Part shown: positions 1 through 12,697 of the stretch, piece by piece
Numbering within the stretch: position 1 is the first letter of the stretch
How the letters are laid out: every line of letters starts with the position of its first letter
Assembly (NCBI GenBank): GCA_013115145.1
Contig: JAAPAO010000013.1
Location: 62,001 to 126,000 of the forward strand
Length of the DNA stretch: 64,000 bases
Direction of reading: 5' to 3'
DNA from: Perkinsus chesapeaki ATCC PRA-425
Lineage: Eukaryota; Protista; Perkinsozoa
The notes under the pieces: generated by a model
What the model was told of the DNA's origin: nothing
The model's database searches: none
Seen by the model: only the letters and a program-made list of their open reading frames with translations
Position numbers and translations under genes: made by a program

Positions 1-900
1 CATTGGCCTACGATTCTATGCCATATTGGCGGATACGAATCATCGCTTACCTCCCATTAGCGACTGCCCTCGCTATCTCCGTCGAAGTAGAGCCAGCTTC
101 AGCTAGTCCCCTCAAAGTCCAAGCTAGTATATCACCAAGCATTGGGCATTTCCCTCGAGCCTCTGAACAAGCATTTCTTACGGACCTCTGTCATAACACG
201 TCTCACCTTCCTTTGCACGTGGCCTGTCCTTTGCTGTATAAAAGGTAGGTAAGGAATCAACTGTTGAATATGATGATGAGCACACGGATGATGACATAAA
301 GGAACAAGGATATTAAACTACGCTGATTGATGGATATAGGTGGCATCACCCTTATCTAACACTACGTCCGGTTTCGGTAAGCGAGAAGGAATTCTCCTCT
401 ACCCGCTACTGGCAAACATCAACTACGGCTGATTATCAACGACCAGTTGATAACACATACCCAAAATAATCACGAAAATACTCCTAACAGATGACCACAT
501 AGACCTGCACAGGCCTCAACGACCATGGGGAGCGGGTGATGTTTTGTGCTACAATAGATAGTAGTATAATCACTATGTGACGATTAACTCAACAATATAT
601 TCGCTCTTGGCCTTGAATGATGCCGATTAAGTGAATGAGACTAAATGCTAACCATGAGTGTAATACCACCACCCCGGCAGCCCGCATATATAATACACAA
701 TAATGAACAAAATCAAGGGCGACTACAATTCCGAGGTGGGGACTCCCCACTGGGGAGGAAGGTAGTAATGGTGACCTGTGGTGCCAAGAAGACACCGGCC
801 ACAAGGTAAAAATTATAATGCACATGGGCAAAGATACATAAGAGGAAGAATATCCACCACCGTGCCAACACGGAGCTTGATGTAGGAGTTAGCACTGTCT
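1..900 (-). CDS. Probable multi-exon gene of unknown function, running off the left end
   Basis: Minus-strand GTAAGC donor at about position 50, preceded by an open exon-like frame (WTLRGLAEAGSTSTEIARAVANG); further exon-like frames at 700-900. No recognisable domain; structure unresolved. Confidence 0.3.
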
Positions 901-919
901 CTGATAAACATTGGCATCC

Positions 920-1867
920 TTAACGTGAATGCCTACGCAGTGATAATTTATAACCATCGAGAGCGATACTACACCCATTCTGCGCTGTACGGCACTTGTT
1001 TAACAAATAAAATACACTATTTGGAGAATCTAGAGTTACAAAGCCAAACCCTCTACCAATACCAGTACGGCTATCACGGATAATTATACAATCGACTATA
1101 TTACAACCGACGGGTAGGTGCTGTAGAATAGAACGTGACAAAGTCCTTTCATCGACATGAATAGGAATGCCACCGACAAAAAGCTTTTGCGAATTCCCAC
1201 AAGGGCTGAGCTTCCGGTGATTGAAAAAGGGTTCATCATTATTAAATGTCTGAATATTACCACGGACACAAGGTGACAGGGGCAAACGGCAACCGTTACT
1301 ATCAAAGATAATAACATTATGTTTAACACCTAAAGCTTCATAGGGGTTACCCACAACGTGAGACACATTGGCTTCGAAGCCTTGGATATAGGCCCAGCTG
1401 CAAGAGCAAACTTTGGTACTGTTTCCGCTTAGTGGTAGCTGAACGCCATCTACAGCGGTCATGAACCGTCTGGCAGAGGATTCAGATTTAAAGTTGATAA
1501 AGCCATACCCAACATTGGAACCACGACTGTAGTCTACTGGTAGATATATGAAATCATATTTACCAGAAAAACCAGAGGACTCCAGAAAGTCCAGAACCAT
1601 CTCATTTGTGTACTTGATAGGGATGTTGCGCAACATTACAGTTGTGTTTGGTTTAGATGAAGTAGAGCTTGTGCCACACATGGTTGAAGTATCGGGTTGT
1701 CCAATGATATCTGATATACTCTTTCTATACACCTTATCAACATCATCATCAACAACCAGACGTTCAACCGGTGGAGGGCACGAACAGGAGCGACGTCGGC
1801 GATCCTCGTACAAATCAGGGGCAACACGAACCTCAAGAAAAGTGTTTCGGGTTTCAATGTGAGTCAT
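920..1867 (-). CDS. Mei2-like RNA-binding protein (Mei2 C-terminal-type RRM plus a second RRM), apparently intronless
   Basis: 315-aa ORF containing TTVMLRNIPIKYTNEMVLDFL...YDFIYLPVDYSRGSNVGYGFINF (Mei2 RRM3 signature) and a later LFVGGIP...RGFGFVTL RNP2/RNP1 pair. Confidence 0.88.
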   Translation of the reverse strand: MTHIETRNTFLEVRVAPDLYEDRRRRSCSCPPPVERLVVDDDVDKVYRKSISDIIGQPDTSTMCGTSSTSSKPNTTVMLRNIPIKYTNEMVLDFLESSGFSGKYDFIYLPVDYSRGSNVGYGFINFKSESSARRFMTAVDGVQLPLSGNSTKVCSCSWAYIQGFEANVSHVVGNPYEALGVKHNVIIFDSNGCRLPLSPCVRGNIQTFNNDEPFFNHRKLSPCGNSQKLFVGGIPIHVDERTLSRSILQHLPVGCNIVDCIIIRDSRTGIGRGFGFVTLDSPNSVFYLLNKCRTAQNGCSIALDGYKLSLRRHSR

Positions 1868-2193
1868 TTAAAAAGAGATAAAAGATACCTGATGTTCAAG
1901 AGAAAATACAGGGAACTGTAACGCATGGTGGAGCCGAGGGAGCAGTGCTCCACCCACACACCGTTTATGTAACCATCCGAACAACAACAAAGCCTTCTAT
2001 CAACTCAAACCGGAATGAATGCGGTACAAACTAACAGTATCAACGAGGTTGAAGGAGGATTCATCAAACTTTTCAAATAAAGTATACATGGCGTAGCAGC
2101 AACCTTGGGTGCGAGGAGCTTTGTAATTCTCGCTCGCCCAAAAATCATGACACAATTTAGCTAACTTTCGAGCTAGCAACCTAATATAGAGAG

Positions 2194-2463
2194 TTATACT
2201 ATGGTATTGGCCACTTCTCGTTGCTTAAGATGATTCTCGCACCAATTCCCTATCGGCCTTCGGCTGGGGTGGCCTTCATTTCCTACCGGGCGAGACTGCC
2301 TGACCGGACTTAGGTAGCCGGAATTGTGCCGCTCCTCGGCCTCCCTGTCCCATCCCAAAGGGCGCCGAGGAGCACCGTATAGTGATTCGTAATAAAGTAA
2401 GGCTGCTGTTTCCTCATTGATGCTTGTAATCATATTCGTCTGTGTGAACCACTCGTGGTTCAT
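2194..2463 (-). CDS. Small hypothetical ORF (89 aa)
   Basis: ATG-started ORF in the gap between the Mei2-like and ankyrin genes; no domain recognised. Confidence 0.25.
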   Translation of the reverse strand: MNHEWFTQTNMITSINEETAALLYYESLYGAPRRPLGWDREAEERHNSGYLSPVRQSRPVGNEGHPSRRPIGNWCENHLKQREVANTIV

Positions 2464-2545
2464 CTCATAACCCCGTCATGTCAATAGCGAGGTCGGTGCG
2501 TAGCGCAATATCCCACGGGACATTCACAGTTGTGCGTGTTATGAC

Positions 2546-3879
2546 ATGACCGAGAATACCGATTCTGCTGCACCTTCGGGAGATCATTTAAAGTCGCTCT
2601 ATGGTACAAAAGGGCTTCGCTCATGTGACCAAGTAATGATACCGAGTGAAATCGCCACACGCAAAAACATGTTCATTAGGCGTCTACTGGCCGATTTCCG
2701 CTGGCATGCGCGTATATGTCTCTTCCAGAGATCGAGACTCTCGTTCATAATGTCGCCCACCCACCAGTGAGAGAGCACGATACCGATATCGATATAGATG
2801 CCATCATAGAAGGCGAGCAATTCCTCGATCATGGTTGGCATTTTATCAAGGCTACGCTCCGCTCCTCCATATGTCCCCAGGTTCATCAGAGTTGCCTTCT
2901 CTGCAAACCGATCGTCTACAGGAGTTTATGTCCCCACATAACACCCTAACTCCCCTACATTCAGTGGGGATCCGGTGTAGTGGACCAGTGAAACTACTAC
3001 ACGAGCTGGTGATGACAATACTCTCCAGAAACCGTTTGAGCACGCGCCTTAGGCAATCCTCCTCAGCGGCTCAGAATCGCACGAGTTTGTGCTGGAGACC
3101 GGGGACAAAGAAATCGACGTACGGAGAACGTAATTAGGCAAGGGTGATAAAAATCTCATCTCAGATCGACAAGCTCGTCAAACAAGATCTAGATGCACGT
3201 GATGCCGCCGGGAAGACGGCCCTCCATCATGCCGCTCAATGGGGCAGTTCAGGCGTTGTTATCGAAATGTGTCGATTAGGAGCCACTGTGGATGCCAAAG
3301 ATAATCGGTACCAAGTCGCTGCCGGATACTCGGTATTGGCGGATACTCTCATCAGAGGTCGGACGCCACTTCACGCTGCTCTACTCCATCCAGTTCACGA
3401 AGGCAGCGAGGACGTCATACGATGTCTTATCAACAACAAGGCCGATCCTCTTGTTGCCGATCAAGATGGCTGCACCCCCCTGAGGTAGTCGATGAAGGTA
3501 GTCAGAAGAGCCTCGTACAGCTTCCTTTCAGCGCAGCAGTGGATGCTCCAACCGTCATTCGCTTGTTGGTAGTCTCAAAGGCATTTGATAGCAGCACTGG
3601 CAAAGCTAAGCGTACAAAGGAGCCCACCCTCGGCAATGTTGCCAGTAAGCGGCTGGTCACGTACGCCACCAAATCGATGGCTCATTAGGTCGACCTGGAG
3701 TGAGACGGGAGGCAGCCAGGATATGCGACACTGATGATGCCTTCTCATATGACGGAAGTCTACCAGATCCCTGCGAACTTAGCATCTACGACGCTGCCCG
3801 GCGGACCATGATAATGTGGCGTAATGCAACTAGGAGTAAAGATATGCGACCGACTCCGCCACACTTGAACGATGCATGA
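2546..3879 (+). CDS. Ankyrin-repeat protein (multi-exon; 5' end uncertain)
   Basis: DARDAAGKTALHHAAQWG..VVIEMCRLGATVDAKDN and GRTPLHAA...VIRCLINNKADPLVADQDGCTPL are ankyrin repeats. A GTAAGC..CATTAG intron near 3645-3688 splices into a final exon ending TGA at 3877-3879. Confidence 0.75.
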
Positions 3880-3996
3880 CTGCCTCCTCTTTGACTTCTT
3901 GAGCTCAAGTGTCAATAACTCTGCCAGAACACAAAACCATGTGATACTAATTGAAAATATGACAGTCTTCAACCATGCTCCTTTTGCTGCACGAAT

Positions 3997-6900
3997 TTAG
4001 GCATCAAGCCAGATGCAGCCCTGCCCTCTGCCCCCTGTTTTGATGTTCACCTAAACAACAATCTCTGCCGCCATCATACCCCTCTTACCGTTCCTAACAC
4101 TAACTCCAAAGAGGTCCTGGGCTTGAGTTGACAGCTTCTCCAGTTGCCCCCCAATACCACTCCTGGTTGCATCAGTATGGCCAAGGCCACGCAGAAAACT
4201 AATGATAAGCTCCGACTGGTTCACCAACACCTAACCCCAACGTCGCTAACGGCAACTTGCCTCACTCCCATCCTCACATCAGCGTGCTGCTGTCGTAGCT
4301 TCCTATCAGTTTCCGCGCTGGCCACCATCGACCTCAGCTTATCACATTCAGCGGTTCGCATAGCCAACTGCTTCTCAAACTCCTTCATTGTCTGCTGCAG
4401 TTCACCCCGCTGTGACTTGAGTGTATCAACCTTCAACAGGCAGACCATGCAGACCACATGGAGCCCCTCCACAGCCCTCCCCCTCCTACTACTACTACTA
4501 CTACCTCCTCTTCATAGGTCTGCCTAAGGTGCTCAATGAGCATCTCGTTCTTCCTCCTAGCTTCATTAAGTTGTTTATTAAATTTCCTCTCGAGCCCTAT
4601 ACAGCAGCAGCCCTAACAACCTCCTATTCAGCTTCAGCTACCTATTAGTTGCTTCTCATGTTCTGCCTTCACTGACATCTGCTTCCTATCCAAATCCACT
4701 GACTTCAGCTCAGACAGCGCTGAATACACCGCATCCCTGAAGACCGTAGTCCTCCTCCTAGGGCTGCCCATCCTCTCCCATCAAACCTCAAATGGTTAAG
4801 TTCGGTTCCGGTAGCCCCCTTGCTGGAGCCCTTAGTCGTGCTGCGTTCCTGAAGCCTTTCTTGCAACTGCTTCACTTGTTCCCTCATAACAGTCTCTTGA
4901 TCTCGCATCTGCCCATCAATTAGATACTCGAAAAGAACACCCTCGCCGAGGTTCGAACCTGCGCCGTTTCCCTTTGAAATTTATACTGTGTATCTTCCAA
5001 GGCCTGCTTGGTGTCCTCCAGCATCGTCTCCAACTCCACAACACGTTCCGTCCACTTTTTCCTCTCCTAACACACATTTGTCCCTCCTACCATCCTCCCC
5101 TCACCTGGGCAAAGTCGTCCGTATGCTGCTCTCTCTCCCGTGCTATCATCTCCTGTACCGCAGTGTTCTTACCATCAGCCTCGGCCAACCTAACCCACCA
5201 ACCATCCTCACCACCTCACCACCGACACCAAACACTACTTCGACTGTAGTTGCCTTTTAAGCTTGTCATTTTCTTTACTTAGCTCCTCCCAAACCTTCTG
5301 GACCGAGCCAGTCATAGCCGGGAACACAGTCCCCAACAACACCCCTGTTGAAGCTGGCCCGATCGCCGTTGACTCGTACAGCGAAATCAACTGAGCAAAG
5401 CTTACCATTAGCAACCGTGAGGACTATACCTGCTGCCAGGCCTCAGCCAGCTCAGTGAAGTTAGTGAAGTTCTTCTGCTCTATGTACCTGCATATCCGCT
5501 ATCCCCATGACCGCCATCAAAAGGTCATAGAGGAATATCGAACGCTCCCCGGAGGAGCATATCTAATGACACTCCTTCCAATTTAAACACTAGGAACACT
5601 TGTTTAGCAGCCTCGAAGAGCCTCAATTTCCACCTCTTTCCGCCCCCTCCTCAAATCTTTAATGCCACCAGTGATGACCTACCTGTCATGTAGCTCCCTA
5701 TATACACCTTGACATTCCCTCTCTGACACCCTCTTATTTTCACCAATAACATGCTCGCTCAGCCTTCCTATAGCATTACCCAACTCCTGTCTGAACTCTA
5801 TGTATCGACTGTCCCCTAAATACATCCCCTCCCCCCTACCACCACCATCCACCTCCTACTACCTTGATCGAACTTAGGCCCATTGAATACCTTCAACGCA
5901 GCTGCCTTAGCCTCCTTGTGCTTCGCCCGGACCTCTTCCTCAGCCATAGGAAGCTTCTGCATAACATCTTCATTCATAGTAGCTCTATATCTAACACCAG
6001 CAACACTCCCCAAAGCTGCCAGCTCTCAGCAGCCTCCTACACATGGACTGCATCCCTAAGGCATATACGCAATTGATGGGTGACCACATTAGTCCATGCA
6101 CTCTGTATCGTGGGCACCGCACTTGAGTTGATAGCACTAACGTATCTGATACAGGCCTCATTTACCTACCCCTTGTTATATCTCTTATTACTCTTGAGCC
6201 AGTGTTGCCAGCATAGACCCATTCAAAGTAGTCCCTCCTATCATCTTAGGCTTCAACGAGCTGTACACCTACACCCACCAACCATTCCCCTCCCCCTCCC
6301 ACTACCCCACTCTTTGAACAAATGCATCAACCTGCTGTTGGAACTGCGGCCTCAATGCCTGGTACGGCAGAGCTTGAATGTTGCGCAGATCCGCTCTAAC
6401 CACACAGTGCATCTAGTGCCCGTTCGATGCTCTCGTACTCGTTCTCCACAGGTCGGACCATCACCGAGCAGTTCCTATCTCTAAACATTGTTTTAATACA
6501 CTCCCGAATCTTATTTTTCTGTTGCACCGATTCATTCCTTCCTGCTACTGGTCTAAGAGCATGTTCGAGATACCTAACCAACATGCCTAACCACACTCAT
6601 GTGCTGCTGGATTTACTCCTTTGGCGATATCGGTTGCCCTGTCTCATTGACCAGCTTGAGGTTAAAGTCTCTAAGTACCCACAATAGCGGTGGGAAGTGG
6701 GCAGCTAAATCAGCTGACTCTTTGGCAACATCAGAGTTACGGCTTGATGACGATCTAACGTGTATATGCTTAGTTAAGTGGAGTACCTAATCAACTAGTA
6801 CAGACCTCAGAGGAGGACGAGGACGGGAGGGAGGGAACAGGAGCAGAGGCAGCTGAGGCTGAGTACATTCCACCGACAGCAAGATATCGAAAGAGGGGCT

Positions 6901-7633
6901 GAAAACGCCTTTCGACAACACATGTGAATTATCCCTAGCTCTCGATGCTGTATATGCTCGTCGTCTTATTATATATCTCTAATAAATCCCCTTCATATAT
7001 ATCCGAAGCCCCCATGACCCTTCATTACCAGATTGAGTTGATCCAAGCTCTCCTCATTAATCGCTCCCATGCTGTTATAGACAAAGAAAGAAGACAGCAG
7101 CAAACACAATGAGAATATCTGCATATCGCAGCTCTGTGTCCGAACGCAGCTTCCAAGGCCCTCAGTGTCGATGAGAACCGCGTGGAAGTTCTGCCCAAGT
7201 TGCACCTAAGTCTAAGGCGTACTCTTCCTAAATGCCGTATCATCCCTACCGGTTGTCCCCACATCCATATTCCCCTCGTGCACGGGTTTACACTGGGGCC
7301 TATCTCAAAGCCATCTTGAAGGCCCAAGAGACGGTTCATTAGGAAGCTCTTGCCAGTACGGTAAAGCCCAGCTATACCGATAACCGCCACCTACTGCCCA
7401 AATCGCCGCCATCTCCCCTCCACCATTATTACTACCTTCCCCTCTATCTGCCTTAGGATATTGAGTGCATATTCATCAACTGTACAGTTACCAGTCTCAT
7501 CAATCGATATTAGCTGTACTGGCCCTCCATGGTAGCTTGGAGCAGCTGTGGCCTTCACTGACGTCCCTTCCTCCCCTCCTTGTACAGCACCAGCGGCGAC
7601 GGCGCTTGGGGAGGATCTGGTCGATTGGGACAT
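3997..7633 (-). CDS. Guanylate-binding protein (GBP/atlastin-family GTPase) with long C-terminal coiled coil, many introns
   Basis: VIGIAGLYRTGKSFLMNRLLG (G1), CTRGIWMW (G2), LIDTEGLG (G3), LLSSFFVYNSMGAINEESLDQL; downstream exons are heptad- and E/Q/K-rich. The 3' end is approximate. Confidence 0.9.
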
Positions 7634-7744
7634 ACAAGGCACTGCAACTTCCAAGCTCTATCCCGCCCAATTACAACACAACAAATGTCCCTACTCACAC
7701 TAACAATCATGCCAACTATATCCTACCACTCTTCCGTCACATCT

Positions 7745-8518
7745 CTACCGGCCTCCCTGCTTGCTGGATATAACACCTATAAGCCATTCCATACCATCCT
7801 GCAGGCCATCACCGCTCTTGGCCGAGCATGCCTGACAACACTTCCAAGGCGGTCAGCAACACCGTCCCTTCTCCAACCTGTATAGTCCAAGTCCTATCTC
7901 TTATGTTGTCCAGATGCAGAGCCTCCGATATTTCCTAAGGCCGCCGCCATCACTACAATATATCGCCAATAGCCTTACATTAGGCGGTAGGGCCTGTAGC
8001 AGGTCCTGCTTATTAGCAAACACCAATAAAGCAGTTCCCCCTAATAAGGGTTGCTCCATGATGACGGTCGCCTTCCCAGTCTCACCTAGCTTCTCCTCCT
8101 GCAACAGCTCATTCAATTCCTTACCGCTCTCCTCTAATCTGCGACGATCCGCGGAGTCTATCACAAACACTAGACCATCTGTGGCCTCAAAGTAGTTGGA
8201 CCAATAAGGTCGAATAGTCTTTTGTCCTGAACACCAGTCACCACACTAGCCCTGGTTATCAGCCCACCGCCTATGTCCCACACATTCAGCTTGAACCCAT
8301 CACGGACCAAACTTTTGATGTTGAAGCCCTACACTGCAGGCACTCGGAGCTGGCTGCTCCTGCCGCGTGCCCACCTGAGTCGGCATGATGTGGGTGATGT
8401 CCTCATCGCTGAGCTTCCGCAGTATCGTCGTCTTGCCAGCGTTGTCCAACCCCAATACCAGAATCCTAGCCTCACGCTCATCACGCTTGAGCTTCTTAAG
8501 AATGCTAAGTAAACCCAT
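7745..8518 (-). CDS. ARL3: ADP-ribosylation factor-like 3 small GTPase
   Basis: [104 protein letters not shown]; spliced stop TAG at 7745-7747. Confidence 0.92.
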
Positions 8519-8621
8519 TATATAAAAGAGCCACTAGGACACCCCAGTTTATTGATGGAGGACTGCAACCAGACACGCTTGAATCACTTAATACATGTAA
8601 AGAAGGCTGCGAGGTGGCATG

Positions 8622-9590
8622 CTATCTATTAGTCCCCAAAGGCGCCAAAAGCAGGTTCCTGTACCCTTGGGCAGGCAAGTGACGATGATGATGACGCTGT
8701 CTACCCTGCCTTGATCGACTCCGCCGCCTTGGTGTCTGCGTACCACTACTCACCAGCCCAACCGAATGGCACTTAACATGGGGGGATTCAGGGCGATAAT
8801 GACGCGGAGAGCCCAGTGCAGTTGACCATGCTCGGACACTATCACTCACACACCGGGCCAACGGTGATATCACAACGCCACAAGGCCCTTCATGTCCTCT
8901 AGGCGGCCTCGGACTACGCTCAACAGTACCATGCATGGACCGACATGGAGCCGACTGTGGGCTGCGGTGTCTTGAAGGTGGGGGGCTCATCACCGATACC
9001 TGTGATGGTGTAGTGAACGGCAGGCCAGCCTGCGGTGATGGTCGTAGCTGCGGCAACCTTAACATATCATCATTACACACTCTCTCAGGTGAAGGCGTCC
9101 TTGGCCTTGGAGTAGCCAACGAGCTAGACCTCTTGGTCATCGGAGAAGATTGCCGATAGGGGGACGCTGATGGCCCCCCTCGAACCACAATCTTCGAAGC
9201 TGTTACTATAGGAGGCGGACGCACCTGGCGGCCACTTAGCCGTGGGCTCCTAGACCTGCTTCTCTCCTGCTCTTGTGCCCTCAACAATGAGCACTCCACT
9301 GCTATTTGCCGGGCCTTCCGTATCTTAAGCGCCCTCAACCTGGCCTCTATAGCTTCTATTTCCACATCAGCTGTATCAACACTTCCATCCTCATCATCAT
9401 CATCGCCTGCAACTTGGAACCAATGCCGGGGCAAGAAGCCCTCCGAATTAGATCTTCCCCCCACCAGGCGCCTGAGCTCAGTACTCGGGGCCGCCGCCTT
9501 CTCAGCCCGCAGGCCCTTCCTCGGTATAGGCTCCTGGGGCTCATCACAGGTCCATGGCGCTGGGAAAGGATGTCGCCATGATGTCGACAT
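8622..9590 (-). CDS. Hypothetical intronless 322-aa Ser/Pro/Arg-rich, probably disordered protein
   Basis: Long ATG-started ORF with a short coiled segment (EIEAIEARLRALKIRKARQ) and many SP/RSP motifs. Confidence 0.6.
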   Translation of the reverse strand: MSTSWRHPFPAPWTCDEPQEPIPRKGLRAEKAAAPSTELRRLVGGRSNSEGFLPRHWFQVAGDDDDEDGSVDTADVEIEAIEARLRALKIRKARQIAVECSLLRAQEQERSRSRSPRLSGRQVRPPPIVTASKIVVRGGPSASPYRQSSPMTKRSSSLATPRPRTPSPERVCNDDMLRLPQLRPSPQAGLPFTTPSQVSVMSPPPSRHRSPQSAPCRSMHGTVERSPRPPRGHEGPCGVVISPLARCVSDSVRAWSTALGSPRHYRPESPHVKCHSVGLVSSGTQTPRRRSRSRQGRQRHHHRHLPAQGYRNLLLAPLGTNR

Positions 9591-9699
9591 TATTCAAAGT
9601 AAAACCCTAAAACGAACCAATGGCCCTTATCAACAACACAAAGACGATTAGCAGATAGGATCGAAATGTGACCACTAGAGCTTGACCATGTCAACCCAG

Positions 9700-11340
9700 A
9701 CATACATGGTGTCCGTCTCGGGGACCGCGGAGGTCGGATGGGGCACCAGGCTGGCGGTGACCTCCGCCACACCTACCAGGGCTACTGGCAGCAGCTACCT
9801 AACCGCCTCCTTGCACAACCTTGAAGCTCCTGACTAACATCGACCCGAGCATTATGATTCCAGATAATAAAGCTGCCGTTTTCAACCGTAAAAGCCCATT
9901 GGTGGAGGCCATTGCGGAAGTCTCCCTGACGACCCTCATTCTGAGCGTGGCGCAATAGAACCTGGACGAGCTCTTCTCTTAAGGGACAAAGGCAGTCCCT
10001 AAAGTGCTACCGTCCCTCCAGGCTTAGTGATGTGCAACAAGTGATACAAGGCTACAAGGGGAGAGAAGGAGTGATCCAGGCTGTTGAGCATGTGGACCAA
10101 TGAGAAGTACTCCACAGGGAACGCCATCGATCTGAGCAAACCTGCACTACACCAGCCACACACTCACCCTACACCCTCTCGGATGGCCACGGTGAAGGAT
10201 ACTGCCGGCCATATATTGGTGGGTCAACAACATCATACAGAGCCTGACCATCACAGTTGCCTATGAACCCTGTAGGGGTCCTACAGCATAGTGAACACCC
10301 AACGGGTCAGTGCTGATAATATCGACCATTAGACCACCACAATCCATAGTACTAAGAGGAGTAAAGGGCCCACTGCCAGCATTGAGGATCCTCACTCTCT
10401 CACCAGGATGGTGACCACTGAGGATCAACTATACATGCAGCCACTGCAGCTACTACCCTTAAGAGGCATACCTCAGAGAGGATACGTGCAGGTGATGACA
10501 GAGCTCGTCGAGCGGTTCATGGGCCCACTTCGCCTGTCCAGATGCTCGCCATTGCACCAGACGTACTGCCTCCGGACTAGAGCCTCCCATGGACTCAAGA
10601 CGACTGTGCCAGAAGCCAACCTGCCTGAGCCAAAAGGCGTACTACCTCAGCCGCAGAGTGAGACACACACCTCACTCTCTAAACCACGATGCCAGTTAAG
10701 CAGCCAGCGCCTATAAAGGAGGCCTTCAGCAGTACTACCTACCTCACACTGCAACTGACACTCGAACCGACAGTGCTGTACCCCGCACAGGTTCGAGTCC
10801 CAGCCCCTCCATCCCCCTTGTATTAATCCACACCGGGCTCCTCCTCCCCGCCAAGTACTGATACTGTGTATTAACCATTACGTTGTCCAGGAATTGTCCC
10901 ACCTTACCACATGCATTGTCCCGACATATCCCCTATCACCCTACCACCTACATCCAACCCACAATAATCAACAAGATACTCAGCGATCCTCAATGCCAGC
11001 TCAAGAGGGGCATCATCATCGACCAGACCCGGTCCAGTAGCCGATGCCCAACATGCCAGCAATACAGCCATGGTCACTTGGGGACATCTAACCCAGGATC
11101 ACCAGCATAATCACCCTACTCACTTGCCTATGGTTCAAAGTCACACCGCCAGTGACGGTATCAACATGGACCCTCCTAATGACCATATCATCTACATGCA
11201 ACCTACAGTTACCATCCAACTGCTGCATCTGCTCTCCAGTGCCTATTATTAAACATCATACCACCCGCCACATCGATCGACTACCTATCATAGTGCTAAG
11301 ATCCTCTACAAGTAAATCCTCATCAGTAGTACAATCGCAT
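9700..11340 (-). CDS. Multi-exon hypothetical protein
   Basis: Several open exon frames between splice signals: TGEQMQQLDGNCRLHVDDMVIRRVHVDTVTGGVTLNHR; CPQVTMAVLLACWASATGPGLVDDDAPLELALRIAEYLVDYC; RLASGTVVLSPWEALVRRQYVWC; GDFRNGLHQWAFTVENGSFIIWNHNARVDV. No family recognised; ends approximate. Confidence 0.5.
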
Positions 11341-11715
11341 AGGTGATGAAGAGCGTGCAGTGTAGCAGTGCTCAGGGATAATAAAATAGGAAAGAGGAGC
11401 ATGTAGCCTCAACTGTCAAATGCCAACAACAAAATCATCATTGACAATAACTCGACAGGATTCCTGGAGTGGCTGTTGTGAGACGTAATGAGTTGTAATG
11501 GTACAGAGGACGATTATCATCATCATTATAGGGTTGCCATACAAAGACACTGCTGATGACGGTTATCTACTATATGGCCAGTAAGACCGTACTGTGGAAA
11601 ACGAAGAGAGGATATACTATATAAGATAACATGATAGTGGTGTAGTTACTCTATATAATGTAACAGGTATATACAAGATTAAAGAGCCTATTCCCACAAT
11701 ACGGCCATCTGTTCA

Positions 11716-12697
11716 TCAATTGTCCGCGTAAATGACTCTATGACAGTGCTCATTGGCATCAGCTTTAACACGTTTGATATGTTGGAATGATGAACTAAGT
11801 GACGACGCATTAGGATGCGTTGATCTTCGACCGGATTGCTGCCAATCACAACAACCAACAGGAGCAGCATCAGAACATAGAGGAACCCTATCCGATAGTA
11901 GCAGTTGCTGCTGCTGCTGCTCATCACTTTCCGACATAATACTATTCCACAAATTCTCATCAAAACCCTCCTCCTCATCGGCCTTCATATGTCTTGTATC
12001 ACTACTACTATTACAATCATCATCATCTGCAGCAGCAGCCATGTCCTCATACGGTTGAATGTCGTCATTTTCATAGGATTTTCTCTCAAGTATGTGAACT
12101 GCCTTCACGCACTCGGCCAATTTATTTCGATCAACTAAATGAGCTAAATCAGCGGACATATGCCCAACTTCGTTATTCAATGTAAAATCTTCATCGGGCA
12201 CCTTTTGAAAATTAACATTATATCCTTTTGAATTGGTGCTGGGCCGCCGTTTAAAGCGTGTGGAGTCGGCCGGAGAACAATGGCAACTTCCGCCGTCAGA
12301 GCTCCCGTTCGCACTGCTAAGCTTGGAGATGTCCACCGCAAATGGAATAGGGGCTGTAGCGCACTCACAGCCACTGCTGGCTTCTGAATCTCGAAGGCCT
12401 CCTAAGGCAAAGGAGTCGCTTGCCGGAGAGTCATCACCCCTGGCCGATGAAACTGAACAACAGAGTATTTGGAGAATAGTCATACGGCCAAGTTAGGGGG
12501 AAAAGCCGGAACTTACGTCGAGCCAGACCGGCATGGGAGTGTGTCGAGCTGATAGGGAGAAATAGTCGGCTGCTGCCAGACCTCCTGCTAATTGCAGAGG
12601 ATTGATCAATAGGATGCAAATGACTTGGGAGGGATGCTCGGCGTGACGGGCAAGCCCCCGCTGGTAATAGTGTCATTTGAAGCAAGGTTGCTGTCAA
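11716..12697 (-). CDS. Hypothetical low-complexity protein (at least 2 exons)
   Basis: GTAAGT..TTCAG intron (about 12455-12518) joins the 12434-12697 frame (…HSHAGLAR) in phase to the 255-aa frame (SSARGDD…). So the MTILQILCC start of the ORF track is probably intronic. Further donor sites at about 12836-13004 suggest 5'-UTR exons. Confidence 0.55.

Noticed and set aside
3760-3972. 70-aa minus-strand ORF
   Set aside because: Overlaps the spliced last exon of the plus-strand ankyrin gene.
10780-10812. GGTTCGAGTCCC T-loop-like motif
   Set aside because: No cloverleaf can be built; it lies inside a multi-exon gene.
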